Assembly: GCA_965659025.1 (NCBI GenBank)
Contig: CBFHTW010000003.1
Location: 1-48,377, forward strand
Direction of reading: 5' to 3'
Origin: Minisyncoccia bacterium
Lineage (GTDB): Bacteria > Patescibacteriota > Minisyncoccia > Phycocordibacterales > UBA2100
Length of the DNA: 48,377 nt
Below the pieces are notes generated by a model that saw only the letters and a list, made by a program, of their open reading frames with translations, had not been told where the DNA came from and ran no database searches. A program made the translations under genes and the position numbers. Of the stretch, positions 45,401 to 48,377 are shown one piece after another (positions within the stretch are counted from its first letter, which is position 1; every line of letters starts with the position of its first letter).

Positions 45401-45585
45401 TCCGTGAAATTCTCACCATCAAGTCAGACGATATCCTTGGCCGCAGTGCCGCCTTTGACGCCATTGTCTCGGGCGGAAGAATCTCTGAAGCAAACACTCC
45501 CGCAACGTTCAATGTGTTCGTCCGTCATTTGCGCGGACTGGGCATTGATATTGAATTTACCAGCAACGGCAGTGATGTCGCCTAA
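42406..45585 (+). CDS. rpoB: RNA polymerase beta subunit
   Basis: DDIDHLG.RR, RDVHSSHYGR, ANRALMGSNMQKQA, GDKLAGRHGNKG and GGQRVGEMEVWA motifs. Confidence 0.99.
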   Translation: MVKRTAARPQKFFGRFRKPLVELPNLVEAQLASFKEFIESGAEKVFREFSPIADHAGKKFELEFVKFSFGKLRCDEETAKRLNRTYEAPLSVVARLKNKTTGEKKEQEIFLADFPWMTEHGTFIVSGVERIIVPQLARSYGVFFDAVPYKGVRYFTAKIIPARGVWIELESDPDGAVYVKIDRKRRFPVTSLLRVLGLNKDSEIMGQFKSDAARSALEATLKIDHAHTKEEAAVEIYRRLRDGDIATPETARDHVASIFSPERYDLSRVGRFHFNRRFGLGLKESDLAAGTLSAADVVRIIAYIADSNINPKAQPDDIDHLGFRRVRFVGELLEQKMRIGLSRMKRNIQDRMAIVDPETVLPVQFVNPRPFQAAVKEFFTTNQLSQLMNQYNTLDEIEHLRTLSTLGPSGLTAERAGLEVRDVHSSHYGRVCPIHTPEGKNIGLVLHLSLYARPNEFGIIETPYAKVEKGVVTKEIVYLNALEEEGEAIAHAAVPRDEAGKITPKMVEVRRGGEPTLVSRDEVTYMEVATNQPFSVATSLIPFIENDDANRALMGSNMQKQAVPLVQPQVPIVATGVEEIAARDSGRLCLAAEAGEVTYMDARVVRVKNADGKTREYPLVTFSRTNGFTVFHQRPAVSVGDKVKRGDVIAESAGSADGQLAIGQNVRVAFMPWFGANYEDAIIISERLVKDARFTSIHMEEFECVVRDTKLGEEVTTHDIPNVSEFKLRNLDEEGIIRVGAEVRPGDILVGKVTPKGETQLTPEERLLHAIFGEKAKDVKDTSRRMDGGKRGRVVSVKVFSRENGDMLESGVIKRILVEVAQLRTVSVGDKLAGRHGNKGVISRVLPEEDMPYDEQGNPVDIILTPLGVPSRMNLGQILEIHLGLAAEALGYQAVVPSFAGATEDEIRSELASANLPETGKFTLFDGRTGEAFSQKIAVGIMYMLKLHHMVEDKIHSRSIGPYSLTTQQPLGGKAQGGGQRVGEMEVWAFLGYGAAYSLREILTIKSDDILGRSAAFDAIVSGGRISEANTPATFNVFVRHLRGLGIDIEFTSNGSDVA

Positions 45586-45597
45586 CCTACCTTGCAT

Positions 45598-48377
<2,780 letters not shown>

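Overview
Bacterial chromosomal window, most likely Patescibacteria/CPR (Parcubacteria-like). This is inferred from the split transketolase, rpsP-khpA-trmD without rimM, compact RpoB, DnaX lacking the Zn module, and many apparently leaderless genes. Host genes: surface-protein/lepB cluster, gap-rpiB-rpe-tkt, pfkB, dnaX, TspO, ABC exporter, argS, lysS, rpsP, khpA, trmD, rpoB and partial rpoC. These flank a ~14 kb accessory region at tRNA-Gln(TTG) (11886-11956). The region carries a large serine recombinase that reads antisense into the tRNA, a tyrosine recombinase, a Type III R-M system with an extra GIY-YIG gene between mod and res, and a complete diversity-generating retroelement (DGR). In the DGR, VR 20754-20878 and TR 21201-21325 differ at 19 positions, all at TR adenines and 18 of them A->G. 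The avd gene lies on the opposite strand between TR and RT, overlaps the RT start and contains a G10 tract. Further right are a CtrA-like regulator with a degenerate receiver domain and an orphan ParB. Also notable: small GIY-YIG genes next to CCTG..CAGG palindromes (one gene inserted in a duplicated tRNA 5' end), and a structured intergenic element present twice with compensatory base changes. All alignments were done by eye and no database searches were run.
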